DNA of 64,000 nt from Takakia lepidozioides. Its lineage: Eukaryota > Plantae > Bryophyta. Position 1 is the first letter of the stretch, and every line of letters begins with the position of its first letter. The notes beneath the pieces are model-generated. The model was not told where the DNA came from. It ran no database searches and saw only the letters and a program-made list of their open reading frames with translations. Location of the stretch: NCBI GenBank assembly GCA_030704615.1, contig CM060731.1:46996001-47060000 (forward strand). The letters are read 5' to 3'. A program made the translations under genes and the position numbers. Positions 48,301 to 61,604 of the stretch are shown piece by piece.

Positions 48301-49179
48301 CTGGCCCCTCCCAACCATACAAATGGCTACTGTGGCACACACAAGTCAGACTTACCCTAATATCCCCCCCACAGTTGTATACGTCACAGAGCTACTCTTA
48401 GCTTGGGGGCAGGCCAGCAAATGGGAACCACACCAATTATCCACGGCAAGCAGCTAATAGCGCATGCTGCGATCACCCATTATCGAAACCAACACCATCA
48501 TGAGCTGAATTCTCACATGAATCCAAGGGACATAGCCCCCGTATTTATTAATAACCATAAAGTGGGGGGTTGACACTGCCAGAAAGCGCCCCTCCCGTCC
48601 AGCAAATGGCCTAAGATCTTGTGACCTTGTCAATCCTTCCCTAGACTGCTCTTGCTTTCTCGCAGCTGCACCTCTTGCTGTGTTTCTGCCTGACATTTGA
48701 CTACTCTCCAAAGAATCGAGTGAAGAGAGATGACCAGTAATAGATTGCCTGGAGGCTTGCTATTGCAAAGGGGCTGGCGTAATTGCAGCAGTTTGTTGTG
48801 CTGGCTCAATGTGGAGTTCAGCTGCATTAACCATCTTCACCAGCACATGCAACTCATTGTTGGTGAGAATTGGAGCTTTGTCTGCATGCCCACAGAGCAC
48901 ATGCCCAATGTATCTCTCTCTCACAAAAATTACGGTTCCAACCAGCCCTACCTTTGGAGGGTCCATGGCGGCAGTATCATGAAGGTCTTTAGCATCCGTT
49001 TCCTCCATGGTTTCATCCGTACATGCACTGGCCATAGGACCTGCTTACAAGGCCATGCTCATGTAAAAAGTTTCCAAGCCTATAGTTCAAAGAACCACAA
49101 AGAAAAGTTGTTGTGGCCAGCTTGACCAACCACGAGGCACAAGGCGCTAGTCACAACTTCCCCACACCACAACCTTAGA

Positions 49180-49417
49180 AATCTTCGTCAGGCGTGTGAA
49201 TTAATGCTTCAGGGGACTCAAAAGAGTACTGACATACTGGCAGGAAGTTGCAATGCCACCACATCAAAGTGGCCTATAAACACTGCCACCACGACCTTCT
49301 CAAATCTGGTTTCCTACATATCTCACTGCTTAATACTACCTAACCCACAGCTGCAATTAATTCATCATATCCTGCCAAACCACCCTCATAGCAATTGCCT
49401 CTATTGCCAATACCCTG
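49180..49417. repeat. Near-identical inverted copy of 63763-64000
   Basis: The ORF track gives the same peptide (MLQGTQKSTD...YCQYP) on opposite strands. Confidence 0.9.
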
Positions 49418-50609
49418 TAGATTTATGGAAAATAAAGGGGCTCAAGCTCGACTCAAATGATATCAGATCCCTAAGTAACCCGAATGTTGTCACCAATTCT
49501 TTGATGTCACGTTGTTGCTGCTTGATGGAATGCATGCCTGTAATGATCGGTTGTTAGGTCTCATCTCCGATTGTGTCTGCACTGTTATTCTCCTCTTTTG
49601 TATGGGGGCAATATAGAAGTGGAGAAAAGCAGTCCAGACTCAATGTCGTGTGGACTGCTGTTAGGCCTGACTCAAAGTTGATGAACCTTGCACCCACCCA
49701 GTTATACCATATCATCTAGTCAAGGATAGACTATCGGCTGCATACAAGATATCGAGGAACAGTGCTCTATCGCAGCAATATCGAAGGTATTGCAGAGTAT
49801 ATCGATGGAAAAAGACATTAAAAAGTTTTAAAATTATAACTGAGTCAGAAATTCCTATTATTCTACACTTCTCGTGCTTATCTTCCAGTTAATTGCCAAG
49901 TGACAAACATAACGTCCATGGCGGTACCGCCTCCCTCTGTATGGCAGCTGCACACATGTATTGAGCGATTTTTATTCACCCATCCCTTTGCTATCCGAGG
50001 TGGAAACTCCAAGATAGAAGAGTTGGATATCTTTAAGTACTCCTCCCGCTCAGAACAATCAGTCATGACCTACAACTAGTGTATCATGGGGGTGCTTTCC
50101 TATATCTATTCCTTCTTGCATTTATGTTTAGTAAGTTATGTTACTGCCTAGGATTAAGTATCAGATTGCTTCTGCAATCCACCATGTTCCATTTACTTAA
50201 GCATTCATTCCACAGCTTCACTCAGATCTCTCTACACAGTGTGAATATGAAATAGGTATCATATTAACACAAAGCCATGGTCTCTCTATTCTACCTTACA
50301 GTATATCTCTACAGCTTGCATGTATCAAGCATCGTCAGATCGTGTCTCCTCCTCCACTGTGCTCTCCATCCCTATGCTCAACATGTTGTCCCACCACTTC
50401 GAAGGACCTGAAACGTCTCTCCCTGATGCCAGAAGTGCTCCCCCCAGCCGTCATCCAAGAAGTGATCATTTCCCCCTCCTTCCGCTGGCTCTTCACCTGC
50501 AAGCTATAACCGTCTAACCGTGCAACTAACCGCCAGTCAGCTCGTAACTACACTGTGTCCTTGCTAGTGGTGTTCCCGCCTCCTGTTCCTCGTCTGTGGT
50601 AACAGCGCC

Positions 50610-50855
50610 TGTGACCTGTGTCGAGCTGTGACCGCACAGTCATGAAGCACCACAGGTTATCACACCCAGTGATTGTGACTTGTGACCTGTGTCGGGCTAT
50701 GATCACGCAGTCATGAAGCACCACAGGTTGTCACACCTTGTGACTATGACATGTGTCGGGCTGTGATCACACAGTCATGAAGCAACACAGGTTGTCACAC
50801 CCTATGATTGTGACCTGTGTCGGGCTGTGATCACACAGTCATGAAGCACCACAGT
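50610..50855. repeat. Tandem repeat, ~4 x 62-71 bp, in probable gypsy non-coding region
   Basis: TGACCTGTGTCGGGCTGTGATCACACAGTCATGAAGCACCACAGG repeated four times. Confidence 0.85.
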
Positions 50856-50958
50856 TGCGCAAAAATTAGGGGTACCCACAAAAACCCCGATTCTGCCTAA
50901 GTCCCAGACAGCCCTATAACATTATCCCTCCCTCTCCGAAAAAGTTGTGCCTTCACGG

Positions 50959-53520
50959 TTAATGTGTGGGGTCTTCATACCTTGGTGAACGGGCACCTTT
51001 TTGTGGATGAGAGTCGGTGCGAGGGCTTAGAATTTTAGTGCGAACTGCATCTGTCCGTGGCGGAGATGGCTGTCTGCTGACTGGAGCTGATTGTCCTGGC
51101 CTAATATAGTTAGGAAGCCCTTCAGGAATGGGAGAACTCCTCCTTGCTCTGTCACCCATGACCTGTTCATACTGCTCCGCCATGTCCAACACATCTTTAC
51201 TGGACGAACCGGAGACATGGGGTTCCTGTGCATTATGCTGGCCCTTCTGGCTCATGTGCTGAACTAATAGGTCCATTGGCATCCCATCAATGCCTACCAT
51301 GTCTGGAACATTGTCAAGACAAACTCTATCTACTTTCTTCCTAGCCAGGGCAGTATATGTGCGTAATGCACCATCCGTGTAATTGGGTGGTTTGCAGAGA
51401 TGCTTGGAGGTCTCAAGCCATTGCCTGGCCATCTGCCTCTTAAGAAAAAGATGATTATGATCCCAAAGAATCTGTCTCAGGTGATCTTGGGCCTTCTGAA
51501 ACCAAGACTGGAGCTGTGTGTCATGTTGGAGCATGAGCCTGACATCATGATATGTAAACTGGGGAGGCAGAGGCAGTTGCCATTGAGGTCCATTGGAAAA
51601 AGACAGATACCTCTGATGCATTGTTTGTCGCTCGATTTGGTATTTGAGAAGAAAACAGGCTGCATAGTAAGTACCACATCCCATGACAATGTTGGCTGCC
51701 TCCTTGATTTTGGTCGACACCAGACCATGAATAACTTGGAATGCCAGCAACTCCTTCATCATGTCACTTGCACCGTGCCAGCACTGAGCAAAGACATAAT
51801 CCTCCAACTGTGTGTTTGCATCAAAAACTTTGTGCCTTGTTGCCAACGGCAACCAATGACGCATGATGTGGTAATATTGCCCCAATGACTGCACAGGTGT
51901 GAAATGTTTCCAAGCCATTTCCATGACTTGGGGAATCTGCCCAAGAGGTAGAAGTACAACATCATTATAGGCCCGCTGAGCAAAAGTCTGTGGTGGAACG
52001 AAGGGTTCATTCTAGACAGCAAGCTGATTGTTTGGCACTTGAGTGCTCAAGTCCACAGGTGATGCCTTGGGTGATTGTGATAGTGTAGCCCCTGTATCCA
52101 AGACCTGTTTAGCTTGTGCCTCGTTGACATCCAATTGTTGCCGCTTCTCCATCCCAGAGATCAATTCATCCACTTGAATCTGAAGAGTGTCCATGTCTTC
52201 CTGCAAATCAGCTATTGTACTATAGACTCCGTCAATAGTACTGGTGGTAATGGCCTGCACTTGCTTTTGGAAATCTGTGATTTCTTCCCTAGTCAATTTG
52301 CAAGGTACCATGTCATCCACCGGCTTGCCGTTCGACCATAGTTGAAGAATGTGATCATCGACCTGCTGACGAGTAGAACTTCTCAGTTTTTGCTCTTCTT
52401 CGCATTGGAATGCCTTCACCTGGCGTTGTAAGTTTTCCATTCTGGTCTTGTGAGAATTAACCAATGCAGCAAAAGTACCCATCACATGGTCAGCTTCTTT
52501 TTGTCCTGCCTTAGCCTTCTCAACAGTGTCATTCATGTTTTGAAGAACCAATTGCAACTGTAGAATGGTCTGTGACCGATTGTCTTTTTGGAGCCTCAAC
52601 TCCTTAATTGTCCCAACATTCAGAGCAATGGTCTTCTCCATATCAACAATGCGTTCGGCCTGTTGGATGGTTTGAATGTGAGCCTTCGTGCGGCTATGTC
52701 CCGTACATCGCCATGCGCAGTCTCCAAAGCAGACTTCAACTCAACATTGTGCGTGGTAAGGTGGTGATTAGCTTTTACCAACTCATCATTGAGTAGCTTC
52801 TCCCCAGAAAGAGCAGCTTCATGGTTAGTCTGCAGGGTCAACAACTGCTGGTGGTGAACACCCTGCTGTTCCTCCATCTCCAGACCCATCTTGACCAAAT
52901 TTGCTTTCTCAACCTGTAGAGCTGCCTGAGACTCTTCCAAGCTTGTCAGCAATTTCATACTCGTCTCCTCATCGAGCCGGGCCTCCCGTTCTGTTGCAAG
53001 TCTCGACTCAAACTCCCTTTTAAGTTCTTCCCTCAATGCTGCTAACTGTTCCATGGGAACACGAGTCTTAAAAATCTTCCCCAGAAGGTTAAGGGTTCTA
53101 TTCATAGAACTCAGAAGCATGGCCTATTGGGGAGCTCCCGGGGGCACTCCTTGTGCAGTGACCCTTTGACTTGATGCTCTGCAGCTCTGTACGTCTAAAA
53201 CCATTCTGGCCAAGTATCCAGTTGAGTGTGATCCTACTCCTCATCAGGTACCTTACCTTGGCACTTGGCTTCTTCTTTGGTCACCTGCACCTCAGGGCCT
53301 GCTTGCTTCTCCACAACCACATCAATCTTAGGCAGTTGTGCTATTTTCATGGTTTTCCGAGGTTTAAGGTTGGAAACCAGCTTTTTTTTTAGCGGAACCG
53401 TCTCATATCTGAGATATCCACTGGCAATCTCTACTTGAATATGCTCACAAGTAGGAATAGAATCCGTCAGCCCTGTGGAGAGAGGATCAAGGTCCAAAAC
53501 TGAACCCTCAACGGTAACCC
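50959..53520 (-). pseudogene. Probable retroelement accessory ORF (middle, coiled-coil and C-terminal parts)
   Basis: Collinear broken ORFs 53234-53497, 52620-53120, 52012-52641 and 50959-51924. Homologous to 36091-37933 and 63348-63760. Confidence 0.5.
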
Positions 53521-53919
53521 GAGTACCTTGCTGTGATGGCTATGGCTGCCATATTACTAGCAAGTTGTATGGTAGAGTCTGCCCAATGTTCAATGCGACA
53601 CATTTATTTATCGTGATTAAATAATATAATATTATAACATCATCCGACTTCCCAGTGGACGTTCAATGAATTGTTCAGTAGTGCAACTCTACAAGCACTT
53701 CAATGTCAATTGGACCTCTTATATGACACGTTTTGAAACAAGTACGACATCACCTATAATTTCACAAAGTTCAATCACACATTACACCATGATATTATTA
53801 ATATTTGAAATAATTTTAATTCAGTAATATATTAGGTTTGGTCCGGATTTAAGCCAAAAGTCCAAAATTAGTTAAAATATGGTTTATCCAAGACCCTCAT
53901 GATGGAGCATACACCTTGC

Positions 53920-54776
53920 ACTTTTAGAGTTCTATTCATTCTCTCAGCAAACCCCATTCTGTTGAGGGGTATATGGTACAGTGAACTGCTGCTGAATTTC
54001 CTCTTGCTTACAGTACTCACGAAAAATACCAAAAATGTATTCTCCTCCGTTATCACTTCTGAGTTGCTTGAGCTTGCACTCACTTGAGGTTTCTACTTCC
54101 ACCTTAAACTCCTTGATCTTATTTAGCACCTCATTTTTCTGCTTCATAAAGTAGCACCATACCTTCTTAGTGCAATCATCAATGAATGTGACAACATACT
54201 TACAGCCTTCCAAAGAGCTGTTCTTCATGGGTCCACATATATCGGAGTGCACTAACTACAAGGGCTTAGAAGCTCTGTTTGCTCACCACTTGCAAACCGA
54301 AGTCTCTTCTGCTTGCCAAGCAAACAACCTTTGCAACCCTGTAGATTAGCTTCACATGGCCTAGCGTCCATTCCATCCACTATATCAATTTTTTGCATTT
54401 GCTGAAGCCCTGAAACATTAAGATGTCCCATTCTTCTGTGCCAAAGTGATGCATCTTGTTTTTGGTCTCTTCCAAGATGAGCATATTCATCTGCCGTCTC
54501 TGAGCTACAAAACAATCTGTACAGTTTACCATCCCTCACAGCTTCTGCTATGATCTTTCCAGAATCATCTTTGATCCGACAATTTCGACTACTGAACTCA
54601 ACACATAAGTTCTTGGCTGTAGCCTTACTGACTGATAAAAGGTTCTTGGCAAAACTTGGCACAAATAGCACATCATGCGGACGACCCTATTCTACCTTGC
54701 TATTGACTAACATGTCAATAACTATAGATCATTTTCCCACAACCTCTTGTATTGAATGATCTCCCAAGTCAATCTT
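53920..54776 (-). mobile_element. Ty1/copia pol fragment (pre-integrase + integrase core)
   Basis: LFVPSFAKNLLSV; LWHRRMGH; CKGCLLGKQ; HSDICGPM...FIDD...LRSDNGGEY...PYTPQQNG.AERMNRTL. Confidence 0.9.
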
Positions 54777-57700
54777 GGGGGTTGTTTTTTCATGAGCAAT
54801 GAGCAGATGAGCCATGAGCAGAGTTCCCGAACCTCCTCCATACCAAAATCCGAAGGGACGTTGGAGGTTCGGATCCGGTTCGGGATGTGTGCGAAGCTGA
54901 TATGGCCACATACTTAATGTCTAGGATGTATAAATGCACGGTATTGGAAGGTGTACCACCCAATTCCGCGCGTCACATACACTACCAGAGTTAACTGAGG
55001 CCAAAGGAAAATGAGAAGTCGGCAGCGACTTTCGTGCCTGGTGATCAGTAAAGTCTGTGCCGACTTCTGGAACAGAAGGTAGGGGAAATGTAACTTAAAA
55101 AGGGCAGGCGGAAGTCTGTGCCAATTTCTCCCAAAAACAAATCGTGTGCTTAAGTAAATAGGAAAATACAAGTAGGGACCGGGAAGTCTGTGGCGACTTC
55201 TGGCCCACAATGAGATGACATTAATTCGGAAAAAGGCAGGGACTGTGAATATTGCTTAGAATGCAGATGTACTCCAACATTTTCCATGCTTCAAGACAAT
55301 CAGTCATACTACTTTTTTGCTCCATCCATTGCATGGAGCTGCACATAAAATAAACACGAAACAAATTTTTGAATTTACATAAACGTTTAAGGGTAACAAG
55401 GTTAAGGAATGCCCTCACTGGTAGCCTCCCCATATTCCATCTCCACATCGTCCACCACTTTCTCGATGATCTCATCGACATCATCATCGTCCTCTTTTTC
55501 TGTCGATGGATCAGAGCTCTCACTACGTAGCACAGCACTATATTCTACTAGATGTTGAACCTTCCTAAACCTTTTAACCGCTCGTGCCTCACCTGGCCAC
55601 ATTGGCCTCTTCGACAATTCGCGGGATTCTTGCCGAGCTAGCCTTTCTGCCATCTTTGCTGCATAGTCAGGAAGACACATAGGTTTGGGTGGGGTGAAGA
55701 GAACAGCAACTACTTTTCGATGAAGATCTGCCCTCTTCTCGGCAATCTGTGCCTTCCTATTTTCCCTCTCCTGACGTGCAGCCATTAAGGAGGCTGTACG
55801 GCGATGAGCTGGCGTCGTTGGAGCTGGCCTCCTTGTGCAAATTGAGGGAACATCACTGCAAAAGGAAAAAAATACCATGGTCATGAGCCTTGCAAAGGGA
55901 ACGTGTTGGCCGGGCCATGGCAAGCAAGACAACGCATCAGAATTGAGAAATCTGTGCCGACTATCATGTTTTGAAGAAAGAAAACTAGAGGAACAGCAAA
56001 CTTACTCACTCCAGTACATGGACATGCACAGGTTGGTCACCAGAATCCCGGAACCACTCATCAGGTATCAAGTCCATTGGGGCCACGGGGTCAGGTGTAG
56101 CAGGCATCTCACTTTGCAGGCCCTGCAGTTTCTCTCTTACAAGCTCTCCTTCACCTTCCAAGGCCAACAAGTGGCGACCACAAACCCGTGCAACCACCAT
56201 GGATGCGCCACAGTTTGCAGTGAGGTCCACAATCTTGCCCCAATGTCAGTCAACATCTCCATAAAAGTCTGTAGGAACATTGGGCTTTTTTCTCTGGCGC
56301 CTCTGAACCAGGTCCTATCAGCTCTTGTGTACAGCCTGTCTTTGGTGACACAATTGCGCACAATGTCGGTGTCAACCGGATTGAAGTCGGAATCCAGTTT
56401 CTTGGCATCCCGGCCAAGGTCGCAGGCATATGTCGGGCTCTTCAACAGCAAAAAAACATAAAACACCCGAGTCTGCACAGGAAACCCAATTGCCTCAACA
56501 CATGAACTGTAAGTCTGGGCTGACTTCAGTAAAGGTGGACAAGGACATGGGCGACATGTTGGAAAGCGTTGGTAATAATTTCGTACTTCCCAAGCACCAA
56601 CCTTTGTCCGATATTGTTGAGCAGGAAAATAGGGGGCTAAGTTGGAAGTCTGTGCAGACTTCCCTTACTGTTCTGGGAAGCCTGTGCCGACTTCCAAAAC
56701 AGAACGTGGACTGCGGCGTTGTTCAAACTGCTCAGCATAACTCACTGTTAAATGAAAAAACCACTAGTGGACGTGGGAACATGTAGGAGGCACTTATGTC
56801 TTCAATGGGAACAGGACTGGGAATTTGGGAAGTCTGTGCAGACTTCCCACATTGACAGGGAATGGAACATGATGAACGACCCAAGGAGGTGGTGTTTTGG
56901 GCTACCTGTGGCTGCTGCTCATTGCCTGTCAGGAGCGGGAGGGCATTCATGCAGGTCCACTTCCTCTTGACAAAACGAAACGGCACATTGCTCGCTATCC
57001 GTCGAAGGTCCATCTCCGTCTTGCCGTCACCCTTGCAGAAAATGAGGAGTCGCCCCACATCATCCGTGATTGCATTTGCCAACGATATGGCAGAGCTGAT
57101 GTGAGAAAGCTTCCGAACATTCCAATCGGGAACAACACCCTCTGCTCCACAATTATGCACCATCTGCCCATCTGAGATATCCACAATGACGAGGTCAGCG
57201 CCTTCCTTCATGGAGGGTTCGGATACCCCCCCCCCCCCCACGCACAGGCTCCCTCCTCTTCTTGTGGCGCTCAATGAAGGCATCTACCATTGCCCTCTCC
57301 GGAGGCCACCTCTTTGTGGTGGATTTGGTTGCCAGCCGCTGCTCAACAAGTGCGAAGCTGTCACAGTGGGTGCATTTCACCTCACAAGTCGGCACAGACT
57401 TCTGCAGTGGATGCGCCTCAAACAAGGATTGCTTTATGGCTAAGGGCAATGCCGTTGCCTTAGGTACTCTGGTAGCAGCCCCCGGAAAAATCAGACTTCG
57501 GCTGGGGCCACGGCGTGCGTTTGCCAGGTCCATTCCACCCAGATGCTCGGTGATCCCCGTTCTGCCATGCTGATGAACATGTTCGCCTTCCACCACCTGC
57601 ACGTCCTCTGTCTCATCCGCCCCTTCCTGGCTTTTCTCCATCTATGCTCTGCCTTGTTTGGCAGGAGATGACTGCTCGCTGACTCTCTGAGCCTTCTTTG

Positions 57701-59046
57701 GCTTCTGCTTCCTGGTGCGGCCCTTTTTTGATGCTGCCTCCGCCGTAAGGGCCTCCGTGGTGTGCTCAAGATGAGCGACAACGGCATTGTGGGCTTCTGC
57801 CATAGCGGTCTCGCTGGCAGGTTGTCCGGATGGAGGTGGTATTTCTTCACCTGAAGCAAGCGTCTTATATGCTTCTGCCTCCTCCACAGGGATGAAGTTC
57901 GGTGGGCACGTGGGAGGACCGCACGTACTCTGTAATCTGCTTGCGATTGTACATGGTGCACTCAGACCGTGTACCTGCCGCCTGAATGTGTTTGTTGGGC
58001 AGAAGGTAGAAGTTGATGTACCTGAAAAGGTGAGGCATTTCAGATTCAGAAATCGGCACAGACTATTGCCATTGTTAGCATGTTGTCGGGAAATCTGTGG
58101 AGACTTCCCAACTACAACGTCTTGAAATACAACACAGGGTTTGCATTGTCATACCTGTACACAAGTGTGCAGGCTACATCCCCCCTAGCTGCTCTAGGAC
58201 ACCCCAGCTCCTGCGTGGGCCCTCCACCATCTCGCAGTGGAAAAGCTCGTTCCAGTACTCGACCATAAAAATGCTCAATCCACCTGAGCAATCCTTTCAT
58301 GTCCTCTGTCTGACGCACCGCCAAAATCTTTGCCTTGATTAGAGAGGCCAGTTCCCTCTCCGCCGCTTGCATTTGCTGCAACAAACAAGGACTGTCAACA
58401 TGGCCCTAAAATATCCACCAGACAATCAGATTACTGACATTTACATGCAAAGCCACTGTGTCTGTGCCGACTTCCCGAACTGCATATACACGTGGAGATG
58501 AACAAAGTACACCCGTCGCCAAGGGCTGGATCACAGATAGAACTGTCCTTGGCAATCTTTGAGTGCTATTTAGTCTTACACAATGCCAGATTTGCATCAA
58601 GAGCTGATTCCACAATCTCTGCATTCTCCGGGGTGTTGGAAAGGTGGGAGTACTCCGCCAGTGTATCATCCGTTATCTCCCGGAATGACTCCTGTGCCAT
58701 GAACTCGACAAGGCCCTCCCGTGTCAATGTCATCCAATTCGTGTCTCGTTTGTTGAGGCACTTGAGGTACACCTCATCGGACAGTGAATTCTTGTACTGC
58801 TCGATTGGAGTTGTTGCGCATAGCTGGAAATAGTAAAGCTTATGTGCGAGGTCGGACTTGACATTGCCCTCTTCTATCACCCTGCATAACAACACTGAGT
58901 AAGCTACACAGGGAGAACAGGGTTGAGGAATGGGTAGTCGTTGCAGACTTCCCATACTATGGCAGTCCACGAAAGTGAGAAAACACCATTACAGCAGAGC
59001 CATAGCAAGACCTGGGAAGTCGGTCCAGACTACTCACTGCCATTGC
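54777..59046 (-). mobile_element. MULE-like DNA transposon, subfamily A, copy 3 (right half with putative terminus)
   Basis: Inverted near-identical copy of 26580-30145 extended by the last exon and 3' region. The end GGGGGTTGTTTTTTCATGAGC interrupts copia pol. Confidence 0.85.
55402..58881 (-). pseudogene. Cargo gene, subfamily A, exon 2 to stop (MTase-like part)
   Basis: Same exons as copy 2 with different lesions. Complete last exon DVPSICTRR...LPDYAAKMA with an acidic tail. Confidence 0.78.
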
Positions 59047-60969
59047 GTGTGTAAGCCAGGGAGCTCTGGAAAAGGGGATTGAGGTCCATGGTGACATCGT
59101 CAGAGCTGGAATTGTACCAGATGTCATTCTGCAAACTGCTCTGGTGGACATATATGCCAAATGTGGGTGCATTAAGGATGCGAAGGGAGTTTTCAACACT
59201 ATGGCTGAACGAGATGTGGTGCCATTGGATGCGATGCTTGCAGGGTATGCACAACAAGAACGTGGTATGGAGGCTTTGGAGACTTATGAACAAATGATGG
59301 GAGAAGGGTGAAGCCCGACCACATCACGTTTGGGTGCGTTTGCAATCCGTGTGCAAGCCTGGTAGCTCTGGAAAGGGGCAAAGAGGTCCATGGCGACATC
59401 TTCAGAGCTGGAATTGTACCAGATTTCATTCTGAACAATACCCTGGTAGACATGTTTGCAATATGTGGGTGCATCTAGGATGCAATGGGAGTGTTCAACA
59501 CTATGGCTGAACAAGATGTGGCGTCGTGCAAGCCTTGCAGCCCTAGAGAAGGGCAAAGAGGTGCATGGGGATATCGTCAAAGCTGGAATTGTACCAAATG
59601 TCATTCTAAACACTGCCCTGGCAGCTCTGGAAAAGGGGAAAGAGGTCCATGGCGACATCTTCAGAGCTAGAATTGTACCAGCTGTCATTCTAAACAATAC
59701 CCTGGTGGACATGTTTGCAAAATGTGGGTGCATCTAGGATGCAAATGGAGTGTTCGACACTATGGCTGAACGAGGTGTGGTGTCGTGGAGTGCGGTGCTT
59801 GCAGGGTATGCACAGCAGGGACGTGGGATGGAGGCTTTGGAGACCTATGAGCAAATGATGTGCGATGGGGTGAAGCCCGACCACATCACGTTTGTGTGCG
59901 TTTGCAGTGCGTGTGCAAGCCTGGCAGCCCTGGAAAAGGGCGAAGAGGTGCATGGCGACATTGTCAGAGCTGGAATTGTAACAGATGTGATCCTGAACTC
60001 TGCCCTGGTGGACATGTATGCCAAATGTGGGAGCATGGAGGATGCAAAGGGAGTGTTCGACAATATGGCTGAATGAGATGTGGTGTCGTGGAATGCAATG
60101 ACCGCAGGATATGCACATCATGGTTGTCATAGGGAGGTCCTGCAACTATTTGAAGGAATGCAAAAGAACGGCTTGAAGCAGTATGTGTTCTCTTTGCATG
60201 CATCCACACTGGCCTTCTGAATGAAGGTAGACGCTACTTTGATTCCCTGATTCAAGATCATGGTGTCACTCCGACAGTATAGCACTTTGGCTGCATGGTG
60301 GACCTTCTTGGACGTGCAGGACAACCGGATGAGGCAGTGGGAAAATGCCAATCAATCTAGATGTTGTGGTGTGGAAGGCCTTGTTTAGTGCCTGCAGAAT
60401 CCATGAAAAGATGGCTCAACGTGTGGCAACATCTATCGTAAAGTGAAATGAACAGGATGTCGCGTCTTATGTTGCTATCAAACATCTATGTTGCAGTTGG
60501 CAGGTGGGTTGATACTATAAAGGTGAGAAGAATGATGAAGGTTAGAGGGGTTGAAAAGGAGCCAGGTCGTTGCTGCATTGAGGTTTGCAACAGGGTGCAC
60601 ACCTTCGTTGTAGATGACAAGTTGCATTCCAGAATTAAGGAAATCCATGCTGAACTGAGAAGATTGTCTGGGAAGATGAAGGAGGCAGGGTATGTGCCTG
60701 ACAGACGCTTTGTATTGCATGATGTGGGGAGGAGGAAAAGGAAATTTCCCCTTTGCCACCACAGTGAGAAGCTGGCCATTGGTTTTGGGCTGATCAGCAT
60801 GACCTCTAGGACGCCTCTCCGTCTCATCAAGAATCTTCGAGTGTGTGGTGACTGCCACACCTCCACCAAATTCATCTCAAAGATTGTTGGCCGAGCAATT
60901 GTTGTACGGGACGGTAACCCCTTTCACCACTTTGAAGATGGGATTTGTTCTTGTGGTGATTACTGGTGA
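59047..60969 (+). pseudogene. PLS-class PPR protein with E/DYW deaminase domain, 5'-truncated, multiple stops/frameshifts
   Basis: Repeats ALEKGKEVHGDIVRAG...ALVDMYAKCGS...VVSW. HHSEKLAI, KNLRVCGDCH and CSCGDYW*. Confidence 0.92.
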
Positions 60970-61604
60970 AATGATGTCTTCTTGGAAAGATGCGAGGATC
61001 TTGCTTCATTCATTGATCTGTGACTTAGCTACTCACACCATCCACCATTTCGCGAAAGTATTGACCATGATGTGCTGTTGAGTGCATTTCGTGTGCCATA
61101 AATCCACAGGAAATGATAGTGGGGTCTACCCGGCATAGGTGGGAAGTCAGCCCATAATTGCACTTGACTGAAGGGGTGATTTTTGACTGATTCTAGTGAC
61201 AGTGGATGGAAATCAGAGTGTTGTCCTAAATCTGGGTTTGGGTGGTGGAGCTTCTCCAAAGCTTCAAGATGGAAGTGAATACGAATTTTAATGAGCTTGA
61301 TGAGAGGGGCAACTTTGTGCACAAGTTTGTTCAGCATCTTAAATTTGGACGTGTTTGTTTCTCGTGGTGTGGCTTTGGATGGAGCCCTTGATGAACTTGC
61401 ATGAATTTTGTCAAAAGCTAGCCTTAACCCACCAAGATCCAATCCCATGGTGGATGCTTGAAAATTCATACAGTGAATGTAAGGGTATTTGGGTATGTTG
61501 TTATTGATTGATGCAGCTTGTGAAAATTGAATGTTGAAATGTAGATCCGCCATTTTTCTTCCAGAAAAAAACAAAACACGGGATCTCTGCATTTACCACC
61601 GAGG

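Noticed and set aside
46700-50100. Host gene exons on the minus strand
   Set aside because: Some exon-like stretches exist, but I could not recognise a protein family or build a consistent gene model.
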